The notes beneath the pieces were generated by a model that saw only the letters and a program-made list of their open reading frames with translations, had not been told where the DNA came from and did no database searches. A DNA stretch of 64,000 bases from Spirochaetia bacterium (GTDB taxonomy: Bacteria; Spirochaetota; Spirochaetia; SZUA-6; Bin103), in contig CBDATQ010000002.1 of assembly GCA_965199955.1 (NCBI GenBank), positions 736,001 to 800,000 on the forward strand. Direction: 5' to 3'. Below are positions 40,099-50,162 of this stretch, piece by piece; position 1 is the first letter of the stretch, and the number at the start of each line of letters is the position of its first letter. Made by a program: the position numbers and the translations under genes.

Positions 40099-41505
40099 CT
40101 AGTTCCCGGTGCTGTTTCGACGGCGCGTGGGCCGGGGCGGCGTGACCGCCACGTATGGGCTGCCGGTGTCGTAGTCGCTCTGGGCATCGGGCGAGGTCAG
40201 CGCGTACACGGCGGACCCGCGCAGGTAGATGCGCACCCGCACCCGCTCGCCGGCCAGCTCGCTGCCGTCCCTGCCGCGCCAGCGCAGCGGATGCCGCAGC
40301 TTGTCCAGCGGCCCCTGGAGCTGGCAGCCTTCGCGGTCATAGCCGGTGATCACCTTGCCGGCGCCGTCGATCAGCTCCGCCAGCACGTAGTTCTCGTTGG
40401 CGGCGTTGTCGACCCCCTCGCCCGGGACCGCGACGTTCAGGAACAGGCCGCCCGAGCCCATCACCAGCGACGCGGTGGTGAAGTGGCTGTTGGACCATCC
40501 GGTCACGTAGGTGAACCGGTCCACGGGCACGCCGTCGGCCGAGGCCGGCCCGCGGAACACGACGCGGTCGCCGATCAGCATCGGGTCGTGGGTGCCGCCG
40601 ACGCCGTTGCCGCCGTGCTGGTTGGGCCGGTTCCAGGTCAGGCCGTCGCGGCTGGTCCACAGCTCGTTGCCCAGCGCGCCGCCGGCGCCGTGGCCGTCGG
40701 AGCGCACCGGCGGCCAGGCCGGCTCCGTGAACGATCCCGAGTAATTGTTCACACCCATGAAGTAGCGGCCTTCGTAGACGAACGGGTGGCCGTTGTAGAA
40801 TTCCATGTCGGGCGGATCCCACTCGTTCTGCTCGAGCTGGTACTCGGCGGACAACAGCGGCGCGTGCAGGATGCGCATGCCGCGCACGACCTCCTTGTCG
40901 ACCTTGTAGTCGCTGGCGATCTGCGGCGTCCAGGTGAAGCCGTCCGGGCTGGTGCGCACCGTCAGCACGCGCCGGGCGTTGAGGAACAGCTCGTTGACCG
41001 CCTTGTGCTCGTAGCGCTGGATGCCCTTGGGCGTGAGGATGAAGCGTTGCGCGGCCGAGCTCCAGATGCCGCCCCAGTTGTCGCCCTCGTTGAACACCGG
41101 GTTGTGCTCGTACGGGGTCCAGTCCTCCCCGTCCTCGCTGTGGAAGATGTGCATCGTGAAGCCGGAGTCGTCGGAGGTGTTCTTGGTGTAAATGTAGCGG
41201 CCGAGCTCCGGGCTGTAGAGGCAGCGGGCGTTGTAGCCCCAGTGGTTGCCGGGCTCGTCGTGGACGATGCGGATGTTCTCCAGGTGGATTCCGTCCCGGG
41301 TTGAGGCGCGGTAGATCTGCCAGGGGATGCGGGTGCCGACCTTGTGCCCGATGACGTCGTACGACCCGTCCGGCAGGCGGCGGGTGTGGCTGACGTTGAA
41401 CGGGATCGGCGGCGCCGGCGCGAACACGCGCGGGGCGCTGGCCCGGAAGCCCACGCTCCCCCACGGCTCGAAGATGTCCGAGTGATCGGCGAACAGGAAT
41501 TTCAT
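40099..41505 (-). CDS. Hypothetical protein, probable beta-propeller glycoside hydrolase-like
   Basis: Repeated S/T-x-DG-x-x-W boxes, HNPVF; C-terminal beta domain. Confidence 0.6.
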   Translation of the reverse strand: MKFLFADHSDIFEPWGSVGFRASAPRVFAPAPPIPFNVSHTRRLPDGSYDVIGHKVGTRIPWQIYRASTRDGIHLENIRIVHDEPGNHWGYNARCLYSPELGRYIYTKNTSDDSGFTMHIFHSEDGEDWTPYEHNPVFNEGDNWGGIWSSAAQRFILTPKGIQRYEHKAVNELFLNARRVLTVRTSPDGFTWTPQIASDYKVDKEVVRGMRILHAPLLSAEYQLEQNEWDPPDMEFYNGHPFVYEGRYFMGVNNYSGSFTEPAWPPVRSDGHGAGGALGNELWTSRDGLTWNRPNQHGGNGVGGTHDPMLIGDRVVFRGPASADGVPVDRFTYVTGWSNSHFTTASLVMGSGGLFLNVAVPGEGVDNAANENYVLAELIDGAGKVITGYDREGCQLQGPLDKLRHPLRWRGRDGSELAGERVRVRIYLRGSAVYALTSPDAQSDYDTGSPYVAVTPPRPTRRRNSTGN

Positions 41506-41527
41506 CGGTCGGAGTCTCCTTAACGGC

Positions 41528-41842
41528 TCACGCGAAGTCGCCGAAGCTGAAGGCGAGCGGCAGCTCGTGGACGATCAGGTCGCCGGTCTCGTCGACCTGC
41601 AGCACGTCCTTCATGTACTCGTTCCATTTCGGCGTGATCGGGTCCGTGCCGGTCCGCCCGAAGTGCTCCTCGGTGGGCGCGGTACCGTGAATGAACAGCC
41701 ACTCCTCGTGCCGGTAGATCACCATGCTGACGTCCTGCGCGTGCATCATGCGCTCCATCTCCGGCCACAGCTCGTCGTGGCGCCGCTTGTACTCCGCGTA
41801 CTGCCCCGGCTTGAGCTTGAGCGCCATCCCGATCGAGTACAT
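41528..41842 (-). CDS. rhaM: L-rhamnose mutarotase family protein
   Basis: LKPG..EYKRRHDELWPE..KWNEYM. Confidence 0.82.
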   Translation of the reverse strand: MYSIGMALKLKPGQYAEYKRRHDELWPEMERMMHAQDVSMVIYRHEEWLFIHGTAPTEEHFGRTGTDPITPKWNEYMKDVLQVDETGDLIVHELPLAFSFGDFA

Positions 41843-41940
41843 CCTGCGTCTCCTTCTCCGTCGGCGTGCTGGACTCAGGGTAGCATGGTGTCCGGCGGCG
41901 GCTCTCGGAGTGAGGGGTCGACGGCAGTGACGAGGAGGCG

Positions 41941-42714
41941 ATGGAACAGGCGAGGGGGAAGCGCGCCGCGGTCATCCAGCACGAGGCCGTTGAGACGCTG
42001 GGCGGCAACTTCACGACGGTGCTGGAGGAGGCCGGCTTCCGGCTGATCCCGGTGCCGCTGTATCGAGAAGCGCCGGGGTTCGAGCGGCTTGATGCGCCGG
42101 ACTTGACGGACGTCGACCTGATCGTCGCGCTGGGCGGCCCCATGTCGGCCAACGACGACCTGCCGGCGCTGCGGCAAGAGATGGACTACCTGCGCGCGGC
42201 CGCCACCGGCAGCCCGTCGACCCCGATCCTCGGCATCTGCCTGGGCGCCCAGTTGCTGTCGCGGGCGCTGGGCGGCGAGGTCGCCCCGACCGGCGGCTAC
42301 CAGTTCGGCCTGCGCAAGATCGACGTGACGGCGGCCGGCGCCGCCGATCCCGTGTTCCGGGAGATCGCCGTCCCCCTGGTGCCGACCCTGCACGGCGAGC
42401 GGTTCACGGTCCCTGACGGCGGGGCGCTGCTCGCGGAGGGCACGATGCTGCGCCGCGACGGCGCCTGGCTGCGCTTCCCGATGGCGTTCCGCTACGGGCT
42501 CTCCTACGGCTTCCAGTTCGAGCCGCAACTCACCCTGGACGAGCTGCGCGTCTGGAACCGGGAGCTGGCGGAGGACTACAAGCTGATGGGCGACCGCTTC
42601 GACCCGGCCGCGGAAGCTGCGCGCAACCTGCGCGAGTTCACCGCCTACGCCCCGCTCTACGAGCCGCAGATGGCGCGCATGCTGCGAGCGATCCTGCAGC
42701 AGATGCGCTCGTGA
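41941..42714 (+). CDS. Type 1 glutamine amidotransferase-like protein
   Basis: LGGPMSA, GICLGAQ; QFHPE replaced by QFEPQ. Confidence 0.85.
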   Translation: MEQARGKRAAVIQHEAVETLGGNFTTVLEEAGFRLIPVPLYREAPGFERLDAPDLTDVDLIVALGGPMSANDDLPALRQEMDYLRAAATGSPSTPILGICLGAQLLSRALGGEVAPTGGYQFGLRKIDVTAAGAADPVFREIAVPLVPTLHGERFTVPDGGALLAEGTMLRRDGAWLRFPMAFRYGLSYGFQFEPQLTLDELRVWNRELAEDYKLMGDRFDPAAEAARNLREFTAYAPLYEPQMARMLRAILQQMRS

Positions 42715-43307
42715 GTGAATACGCGGCTGCCGACGATGCGGACAGCTTCGCCGTACCTCGGCAGGTCCTTTCGCTGCTCGGCGGGTTCGGCAAGCCGTGG
42801 TGGGTGGCTGGCGGCTGGGCCGTGGACCTGTTCATCGGCCGCCCCACCCGCCCCCACAAGGACATCGAGATCGCCCTGTTCCGTCACGACCAGTCGGCCC
42901 TGCAGGAGCACCTTGCGGGATGGAACCTGCGCAAGGTGGCGGACCATCGGCGGGTCCCTTGGCTCCGGGGCGACCGGCTGACGTTGCCCGTGCACGAGAT
43001 CCACGGCCGCGGGCCCGAGGGGCAGGGGCTCGAGATCCTGCTCAACGAGTACGACCGCGGGCGCTGGGTGTTCCGGCGCGACCCAGCCATCACGCGGCCC
43101 GCGACGCTGATCTCCGCCCGCTCGGCGGACGGGGTGCCGTTCATGAGGCCGGAGATCGTCCTGCTGTACAAGAGCAGGGACGCGGGCCCGAACGACCACG
43201 CCGACTTCGAGCGGGCGGCGCCGCTGCTCGATCTGGACAGTCGCGCTTGGCTTGGTGCGGCTCTCCGGCGTCACGTTCCCGGCCATCGCTGGCTATGTGA
43301 CCGGTGA
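42711..43307 (+). CDS. Nucleotidyltransferase (ANT(2'')/Lnu-like)
   Basis: WWVAGGWAVDL..TRPHKDIEI, PEIVLLYK..DF; GTGA overlap. Confidence 0.8.
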   Translation: MSEYAAADDADSFAVPRQVLSLLGGFGKPWWVAGGWAVDLFIGRPTRPHKDIEIALFRHDQSALQEHLAGWNLRKVADHRRVPWLRGDRLTLPVHEIHGRGPEGQGLEILLNEYDRGRWVFRRDPAITRPATLISARSADGVPFMRPEIVLLYKSRDAGPNDHADFERAAPLLDLDSRAWLGAALRRHVPGHRWLCDR

Positions 43308-43423
43308 ACAGTCGCCTCTGTACCTTTCCCGCCGGCTAACCGAACAAACGATGTCCTGCTGGCAGCTTTCCTACATCACCATCGCTGGAGTGGGGTAGAG
43401 CCGTCCGCTTGCGCATGGCTTCG

Positions 43424-44640
43424 GCGCCGGGAACAGCCAGGCGAACTGGCAGATGATAGAAGGTGAGAGTCCTCTGGAGAGAAGGAGTAGCCGCTCCGAA
43501 CCACCGCGAGCCGTGCGCAGGCGCCTGCGAGGGTGTCGGTGAAGCGTCGGTAGCGGTGCGTGCGGGCAGGGATCGAGCGTCGAAAAGGAGAGCATCTGGA
43601 GTGCCGAGACGCTTCGGCGGGTCGAAGGCAACACCGACTGAAGCCGAGAACAACGCGGCGCGAGCCGCAGCGGAGCCGGAGGAGCGAAGGCCCGTGACCA
43701 ACGGGAATCCGCGGAGCCAAAGCACGGGACGGACGCAGAGCCGAGCCACCGTGTGCCAGGCGGCCGAGCGAATACGGCAAGGAGCAAGGAGGAACCCAAA
43801 GGAGAAACTGACCGCGTTGCTGCACCACCTCACGCCGCAGGCGCTGCAGTGGGCGTTCTACGCGCTGAAGCGCGAATCGGCGCCCGGCATCGACGGGCAG
43901 AGGTGGAGCGAGTACCGGGAGGGGCTGGACAGCGGCTGATGGACCTGCACCGCCGGGTGCACGAAGGGACGTACCGAGCGACGCCGGTGCGGAGGGTGAA
44001 CATCCCGAAGCCTGACGGCGGCACGCGACTGCTCGGGGTGGCGGCGCTGGAGGACAAGATCGTCCAGCGGGCCATGATGGAGGTGATCCTGAGGCCGATC
44101 TACGAGGAGGAATTCGAGGGATTCAGCTATGGGTTTCGGCCCGGGCGAGGGGCGCACGACGCCCTGGACGCCGTGGCGTACGCCATCGAACGGCGCAAGG
44201 TCAACTGGATCGTGGACGCCGACATTCGCAAGTTCTTCGACACGCTGGACTGGGGCTGGCTGATGCGGTTCCTGGAGCATCGGATCGGGGACCGACGGGT
44301 GTTGGGGCTGATCGGCAAGTGGCTTGTTGCCGGAGTGATGGAGGAAGGCCGGCAGGTCGACACGGGCAAGGGGACGACGCAAGGGTCGGTGATCTCGCCG
44401 ATGCTTGCGAAGATCTACCTGCACTACGTGTTGGACCTGTGGGTGGCGAGGAAGTGGCGACCGCAGGAGGCTCGCGGCGAGATGTACATCGTGCGCTACG
44501 CCGATGACTACGTGGGCGGGGTTTGAGTTGCGCGGCGACGCGCAGCGATTCCTGGGGGCGTTGAAGGAGAGGTTCAGCCGGTTCGGACTGGAGCTGCATC
44601 CTGAGAAGACGCGACTGATCGAGAGGGACCGCCGGGCACG
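43424..44640 (+). mobile_element. 3'-truncated group II intron
   Basis: Intron-like leader (GAAGGTGAGAGTCCT..GCGAGGG..GAAGCG..GCGGAG..GAAGG) then RT; no domain V/VI recognisable; 5' boundary approximate. Confidence 0.7.
43751..44635 (+). pseudogene. ltrA: Group II intron RT/maturase, frameshifted and truncated
   Basis: APGIDG, IPKPDGGTR, EDKIVQ, SYGFRPGR, DIRKFFD, QGSVISP, RYADD, LHPEKT; shifts near 43930 and 44520. Confidence 0.85.
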
Positions 44641-44654
44641 TGGGGAGCGGCTCA

Positions 44655-45603
44655 GAGACATCTGCGGCCATGCAGGCGCTGGCGCTCTGGGACGTCGGGC
44701 TCAAGCGCTGGAACGAGAGGCGGGCCGGCAGGAAGACGCCGGAGAAGCGTCCCGGCGTCACGGTCAACCGGCGCGATCTGGTCTCGATCCCGGTCCCCGA
44801 GGCCAACCTGCTGTGGCGCAACCTGCGGGTGCGCGACGTGCGCACTGTGGACGGTCGGCCGCGCACCAGCAACATCCGCATCGACATCGTCGTCGAGGGA
44901 GTGACCGATGACCGGGCGTGGACCTGCGGCCTGGAGTTCGACTACGCCAACGAGGAGTCGTTCTACTGCTGGCCGCTGCGGGTCGAAGGCGGGTTGCAGG
45001 AGCGCATGGCGGTGCCGGACGAGGCGGCGAAGGTCCGCATCGCCTTCCTGCCGCCGATGTCGGGGCTTGCCGCCACCGAAGCCCGGTTGGACGCGGGCTC
45101 CGTGAACGTCCGCATCGGCGAGGGGCGGACCGCCGAGGTGCTGCGCAACCTCTGCTACACCGTCCACCAGGAGCGCGAGGACCGCTGGGAATAGCTCGTC
45201 GCCTGGATTCGCCGGCTGTTCGGGGCCGAGCTCCAGCCTCCCCGAGCGGGGCGAGATCACGATGAGCTACCGCGAGGGCGGCACGGCGCTCGATCTGTCC
45301 TCGGCCGGCCGGGGCCTGCAGCAGACGCTGCTCCTGTTGGCCTGCCTGTACGCCAATCCGGGCTCGCTGCTGTTGCTGGACGAGCCGGACGCCCACCTGG
45401 AGATCCTTCGCCAGCGCCAGACCTACCACCTTCTTTCGGAGGTCGCGCGCGAGGCCGGCTGCCAGGTGGTAGCCGCCAGCCATTCGGAGGTTCTCCTCCA
45501 CGAGGCGGCGGGCCGGGACACGGTGGTCGCCTTCGTGGGCGCGCCGCACCGCATCGACCAGCGCGGCAGCCAGCCGCTGCAGGCGCTCACCGAGCGCGGG
45601 TAG
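44655..45603 (+). pseudogene. ABC/AAA_15-type ATPase remnant
   Basis: AMQALALW, SAGRGLQQ, LLLDEPDAHL, ASHS; Walker A lost, TAG at 45192, truncated. Confidence 0.78.
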
Positions 45604-45715
45604 CGGCCGGCGCGAGCCCCGCGCTCGAATCCTGACCCGCGTTGGCGGGTGCACGCCGGGGGCGACGGCCGTCGCCTTGGTGGACGCTCTCGGCCCGAAC
45701 GCGCAGGATGCCGCC

Positions 45716-46507
45716 ATGGGTGTTCTTGACACGTTCTCGTTGCGCGGCAAGACGGCGGTGGTGACCGCCGGGGCGGGGCCGCTGTTCGGCAGCAGCATCT
45801 CGGAGGCGCTGGCGGAGGCCGGCGCGCGCGTGATCACCGCGTCGCGGTCGCTGGAGCGTAACCGTGAGTACGCGGCGGCGCTGGCCGCGCAGACCGGCGC
45901 GGAGGTGCACGGCATGGAGCTGGACATCGGCGACGCCGATGCGATCGGACGCTTCCACGCCGAAATGATCGACCGCTTCGGGAACGTCGAGGTGCTGGTC
46001 AACAGCGCGCTGGTGCGCGATGCGACAGCCGGCAGCTTCGAGACGCAGACCATCGACGCATGGCAGCGTTCGGCGGCCGGCGACATGGTCGGGCTCTACG
46101 CCATCTGCAAGGCCTTCGTCGGCTCGATGGTCGCCGCCGGCGGCGGCAGCATCATCAACATCTCCAGCATCTACGGCGTGGTCGGCAACGATCCGTCCCT
46201 GTACGAGGACACGGAGATGGTGCAGCCCCCGAACTACAACTTCATCAAGGCCGGCATGATCAACTTCACCCGCTACGTCGCCAACTACTACGGCAAGCAG
46301 GGCGTGCGCGCGAACTGCATCTCGCCCGGCGGCTATTACACCGGGCAGGCCGGCCCCTTCGTGGAGCGCTACAACAAGCGGGTGCCGATGGGCCGCATGA
46401 TGGACAACGAGGACCTCAAGGGCGCGGTCGTGTTCCTGGCCTCGGACGCGTCCGCGTACGTGACCGGCCACAATCTGCTGGTGGACGGCGGCTTCACGAC
46501 GATCTGA
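45716..46507 (+). CDS. SDR oxidoreductase
   Basis: FSLRGK, SSIYG, YNFIK, NCISPGG. Confidence 0.9.
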   Translation: MGVLDTFSLRGKTAVVTAGAGPLFGSSISEALAEAGARVITASRSLERNREYAAALAAQTGAEVHGMELDIGDADAIGRFHAEMIDRFGNVEVLVNSALVRDATAGSFETQTIDAWQRSAAGDMVGLYAICKAFVGSMVAAGGGSIINISSIYGVVGNDPSLYEDTEMVQPPNYNFIKAGMINFTRYVANYYGKQGVRANCISPGGYYTGQAGPFVERYNKRVPMGRMMDNEDLKGAVVFLASDASAYVTGHNLLVDGGFTTI

Positions 46508-46556
46508 CGCCCAGGAGTCCGCCGTCCGACGCCGGCATCCGCTTCGTACCCCCGCG

Positions 46557-47200
46557 GTGAGCGCCTCTGGCCCGCACGGCGCCGTGTCCATCGTCGCGCC
46601 CACCCTGTGGCGGCCAACATTCCGATCCTGGCCGGGCGCATCGACGACGCCTGTCAGCGACTGGCGTGCGGTGGGAGTTGCTGCTGGTCGACGACGACTC
46701 CGGCGACGGCAGCGAAGAGATCGTCGCCGATCTGGCGCGGCGCAACGCGCCGCGCGACCTGTCCCTGGCCGTCCTGCACGGCATCCGCCTGGCGCGCTTC
46801 CTGTCATTCTGGCCGGCGGTGACCTGGAGCTGGCGTCTCAACCGCAGCCTGACCTTCGCGGAGCGCCCGCGCCAGCCGCGCGTACGGCAGTGGACGAAGT
46901 TTCGTGGCCTCAAGATTGGTCGGCCTCGGGGTCAACGTCGGCAGTTACACGGCGCTGACCAGCTTCGTGGCTCCGTTCGACCGGCACCGCCTGCTGGCGC
47001 TGGTGTGCGGCGTTGCGTTCGGCGGCGTCGCCAAACGTTCGACGCCTCCTGGGAGTCGCTCCGCCGCGCGCTGGAGCTGGACCCGCGCCACAAGAGCGCC
47101 CTGCAGAACACCGCCGAGTTGTACCGCAAGCAGGGGCGCTACGAGGAGGCGATCGAGGCATACCGGACGGTGCTCGCGCGCGACCGCCGGTGGAGACCGC
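46557..47200 (+). pseudogene. Mosaic remnant: GT2 glycosyltransferase, GtrA-like and TPR fragments
   Basis: VSIVAPT..LLLVDDDSGDGS; TWSWRLNRSLTF; ALELDPRH..YRKQGRYEEAIEAYR, in broken frames. Confidence 0.65.
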
Positions 47201-47292
47201 CCAGGCCGGCGTGCGCGCGCTTGCCCCGCTCTCCGGGGCAGCAGATGCGAGCGCCGGGAACTGAACACCGCCGGTATCCCGGATTCGAGTTG

Positions 47293-47661
47293 TCACCCGA
47301 ACCAGATGCCCAGGTACTTGGTGAACCAGAACAGGCCGATGTAGGTGCCGACAGCGGCCACGGCCAGGACGGCGAGCAGCCGCCACGACCGGCGGGCGCT
47401 CGCCAGCGTGCACATGTGCCGCCTCCGCAGGTACAGGACCACCGCGGTGGCCGCGACGGCCAGGCCGAAGGCGCGGAACAGCCACGCGTAGCCGTAGTAG
47501 AGGGTGTCGCCCAGAGTGACCGCCTCCGCGGCGGTGGCGATGCCGAGCAGCACCAGCACCACCGGCGACACACAGCACATGATGCCGGCCAGCCCGGACA
47601 GCAGGCCGAACTTGATGCCCGTACGGATCTCGCCGCCGTGTCCGGCGCCCCCGGCGTTCAT
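47293..47661 (-). CDS. Small MerT-like membrane protein
   Basis: Three hydrophobic segments, CCVSPVVLVLLG. Confidence 0.65.
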   Translation of the reverse strand: MNAGGAGHGGEIRTGIKFGLLSGLAGIMCCVSPVVLVLLGIATAAEAVTLGDTLYYGYAWLFRAFGLAVAATAVVLYLRRRHMCTLASARRSWRLLAVLAVAAVGTYIGLFWFTKYLGIWFG

Positions 47662-47669
47662 CGTTCCGT

Positions 47670-48476
47670 TCAGGCCGAGCGGACCTCGGCGATCACCGGG
47701 GCGTGGTCGCTGGCGATCATGCCGTCCTTCTTCTTGCGGTAGTCGCGGTCGATCGTGACCGCCGTGGTCCGCTCCGCGAGCGGCGGCGTGGCCAGCAGGA
47801 AGTCGATGCGCAGGCCCAGGTTCCTGTGGAAGTTGCCGGCGCGGTAGTCCCACCACGAGAACTGCTGCAGCTCGGGGTTGAGGGCGCGGAACAGGTCCAC
47901 CGTGCCCAAGCCGAGCAGCGTCCGGAAACGGCCGCGCTCCTCCTCGGTGTGGAAGATCTTCTCCCGCCACGCCTCCTCGTCCCAGGTGTCCAGGGCGGCC
48001 GGGCAGAGGTTGAAGTCGCCGCCGACCACCAGCGGCCGATCCGGGCGCACCTCGCGCTCCGCGTAGCTCACCAGGCCGTCCAGGAAGGCCAGCTTGTGGC
48101 CGAATTCCGGGTGCTCGACGGTGCGCCCGTTGGGGACGTACACCGACACGCAGTCGAGCGGGCCGAGCCCGTCGACTTCGGCCCGCACGCCGATCAGCCG
48201 CGCCCCCTGCTCCTCCAGGCCCGGCAGGCCGCGGCAGGTGACCTCCGCGGCCCGTACCGTCTCCTCCCGCGCCAGCACCGCCACGCCGTTCCAGCTCTTC
48301 TGGCCGTGCACCAGCGCCCGGTACCCGGCCTCGCGCATCTCGTCGTACGGGAAGCGGTCGTCCGGGAGCTTCAGCTCCTGCAGCAGCGCCAGGTCCGGGG
48401 CGCGCGCGGCCAGCCAGTGCCGGACGAAGCCAAGCCGCGCCTGCATGCCGTTGATGTTCCAGGTGGCAATGATCAT
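47670..48476 (-). CDS. xth: Exodeoxyribonuclease III
   Basis: ATWNING, LQELK, YVPNG, GDFN, SWWDYR, SDHAP. Confidence 0.93.
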   Translation of the reverse strand: MIIATWNINGMQARLGFVRHWLAARAPDLALLQELKLPDDRFPYDEMREAGYRALVHGQKSWNGVAVLAREETVRAAEVTCRGLPGLEEQGARLIGVRAEVDGLGPLDCVSVYVPNGRTVEHPEFGHKLAFLDGLVSYAEREVRPDRPLVVGGDFNLCPAALDTWDEEAWREKIFHTEEERGRFRTLLGLGTVDLFRALNPELQQFSWWDYRAGNFHRNLGLRIDFLLATPPLAERTTAVTIDRDYRKKKDGMIASDHAPVIAEVRSA

Positions 48477-49348
48477 CGCGCGTCGTCCGTCCGCCAGCCG
48501 GCTTCGGCCAGCGCGGCGAGCCCGTAGTCGAACTCGCCTCTGATGTGCGGGATGTCCGGCATCCGGTACTCGAAGTCGAGCGACACCGTGCCCCGGTAGC
48601 CGGCCCGCTGCAGCGCCTCCCGGAACGCGGCGAAGTCGGCGGTGCCGCGGCCCGGCGTCAGCTCAAGGTCCTGGCGGAAGTCGCGCGTGTCGCTGCCGGC
48701 CGCGTCGCGCAGGTGCACGTGGCGCAGGCAGTCGCCCAGGAAGCCGAACAGGTCGTCCGGGTCGTAGCCGATCACTCCCCAGTGGCTGGTGTCGACGGTG
48801 GCGGCCACGGCGGGGTGGTCGACCTCCTCGAACATCGCCTTGACGTGCTCGACCGAGTCGGTGATCTGAAACAGGTGCGGCACCTCCAGGTGGATGTGGA
48901 TCCCCAGGTCGGAAGCGATCCTCGCCTGTTCCCTGAACGCCCGCGCCGCCCCCTTCAGGTGGCGCAGCCACTCGCGTTCGTCGAGCTGCCGGCGGGCCGT
49001 GCTCATCGTCACCGTGCGCACGCCCAGGCGGGAGGCCAGCTCCAGGTACCAGCGGCCGCGCGCGACCGCGTCGCGCGCGTCGGCGGAGTCGGTGTAGTCG
49101 AAGAAGCGGCCCCGTCCGTCGGGCTCCCACCGCCCGAGCGAGATGTTGCAGGCGATCGGCCGCACGCCGTTGCGGTCGAGCGCGTCGGCCACCGCCTCGG
49201 CCGTGGTGTCGGGGTGGGGGAGGTGCACGCAGAAGCTGCCCATGTGGCTGATCTCGACCTCGCTGAATCCCGCGTCGGCCAACTGGGCGAGCGCAGTTTC
49301 CAGCCCGTACGTGGAGAAGCCGAGGGTGGTGGCGGCGTGGATCTTCAT
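48473..49348 (-). CDS. Sugar phosphate isomerase/epimerase TIM barrel
   Basis: LEVPH, DTSH, HVHLRD, PGRG. Confidence 0.82.
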   Translation of the reverse strand: MKIHAATTLGFSTYGLETALAQLADAGFSEVEISHMGSFCVHLPHPDTTAEAVADALDRNGVRPIACNISLGRWEPDGRGRFFDYTDSADARDAVARGRWYLELASRLGVRTVTMSTARRQLDEREWLRHLKGAARAFREQARIASDLGIHIHLEVPHLFQITDSVEHVKAMFEEVDHPAVAATVDTSHWGVIGYDPDDLFGFLGDCLRHVHLRDAAGSDTRDFRQDLELTPGRGTADFAAFREALQRAGYRGTVSLDFEYRMPDIPHIRGEFDYGLAALAEAGWRTDDAR

Positions 49349-49379
49349 CGTCGGCCATAATGATGCGAATGGAGGACCG

Positions 49380-50129
49380 ATGCTAACCCTGTTTGCCGAG
49401 CTCACCCGTGAGGAGGCGCGCGAACGCGCCGCCGATTCGCTGGCGGTCGTGCCGACCGCGTCGATCGAACAACACGGCCCGCACCTGGCCGTCGTCACCG
49501 ACACGCTGCTGGTGACCACGGTCGCCCGCCGCAGCGCCGAGGCGACCGACGCCTCCGTGGTGGTCACGCCCACCGTCTGCTACGGGAACTCGCACCACCA
49601 CCGCCCCCATCCCGGCGTGCTGTCGCTGCAGTCCGACGTGTTCCTGGCCACCACCCGCGACGTGATCGAGGGGCTGAGCCTGTCCGGCTACCGGCGGATC
49701 CTGCTGCTGAACGGACATGGCGGCAACACGGCCGCCAACCAGGTCGCCGCGCAGGATGCGGTCAACCGCTACGGGCTGCCGGGCAAGGTGCACGCGGCCC
49801 CCTACTGGGACGTGGCGCGCGCGGCCCTGGTGGCCGGCGGCCTGGAGAACGAGCGGCTCCCCGGCCACGCCGGCCACTTCGAGACCGCCATGGTGATGGC
49901 GATCCGGCCGGAGCTGGTGCGTCAGGACGTGCTGGACGACCTGCCCGTCGTGGATCGCGAGAAGATCGGCCTGCCGGCCGGCAAGCCGGGCACCGCCACG
50001 CAGCAGAACCGCGATTGGGGGATCGGCCCCGGCTACACCGACGACCCGGCGTCCGCCACGCCCGAGGCGGGCGGGCGTTACCTCAAGACCATCATCGAAG
50101 AGGTGAGCAAGCTGTACGCCAGCCTCTGA
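49380..50129 (+). CDS. Creatininase family protein
   Basis: EQHGPHL..TD, NGHGGN, HAGHFET; GGAGG RBS. Confidence 0.9.
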   Translation: MLTLFAELTREEARERAADSLAVVPTASIEQHGPHLAVVTDTLLVTTVARRSAEATDASVVVTPTVCYGNSHHHRPHPGVLSLQSDVFLATTRDVIEGLSLSGYRRILLLNGHGGNTAANQVAAQDAVNRYGLPGKVHAAPYWDVARAALVAGGLENERLPGHAGHFETAMVMAIRPELVRQDVLDDLPVVDREKIGLPAGKPGTATQQNRDWGIGPGYTDDPASATPEAGGRYLKTIIEEVSKLYASL

Positions 50130-50162
50130 GGCCGGGGGCGCGAGGCGGGCGGAATCCCGGCA

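Noticed and set aside
43751..44635. RT as retron, DGR or defence RT
   Set aside because: Motifs and upstream RNA are group II intron-like; no template/variable repeat pair or msr-msd seen
46508..47205. 8-bp direct repeat CGCCCAGG around the GT2/TPR remnant
   Set aside because: Too short and GC-rich to distinguish from chance
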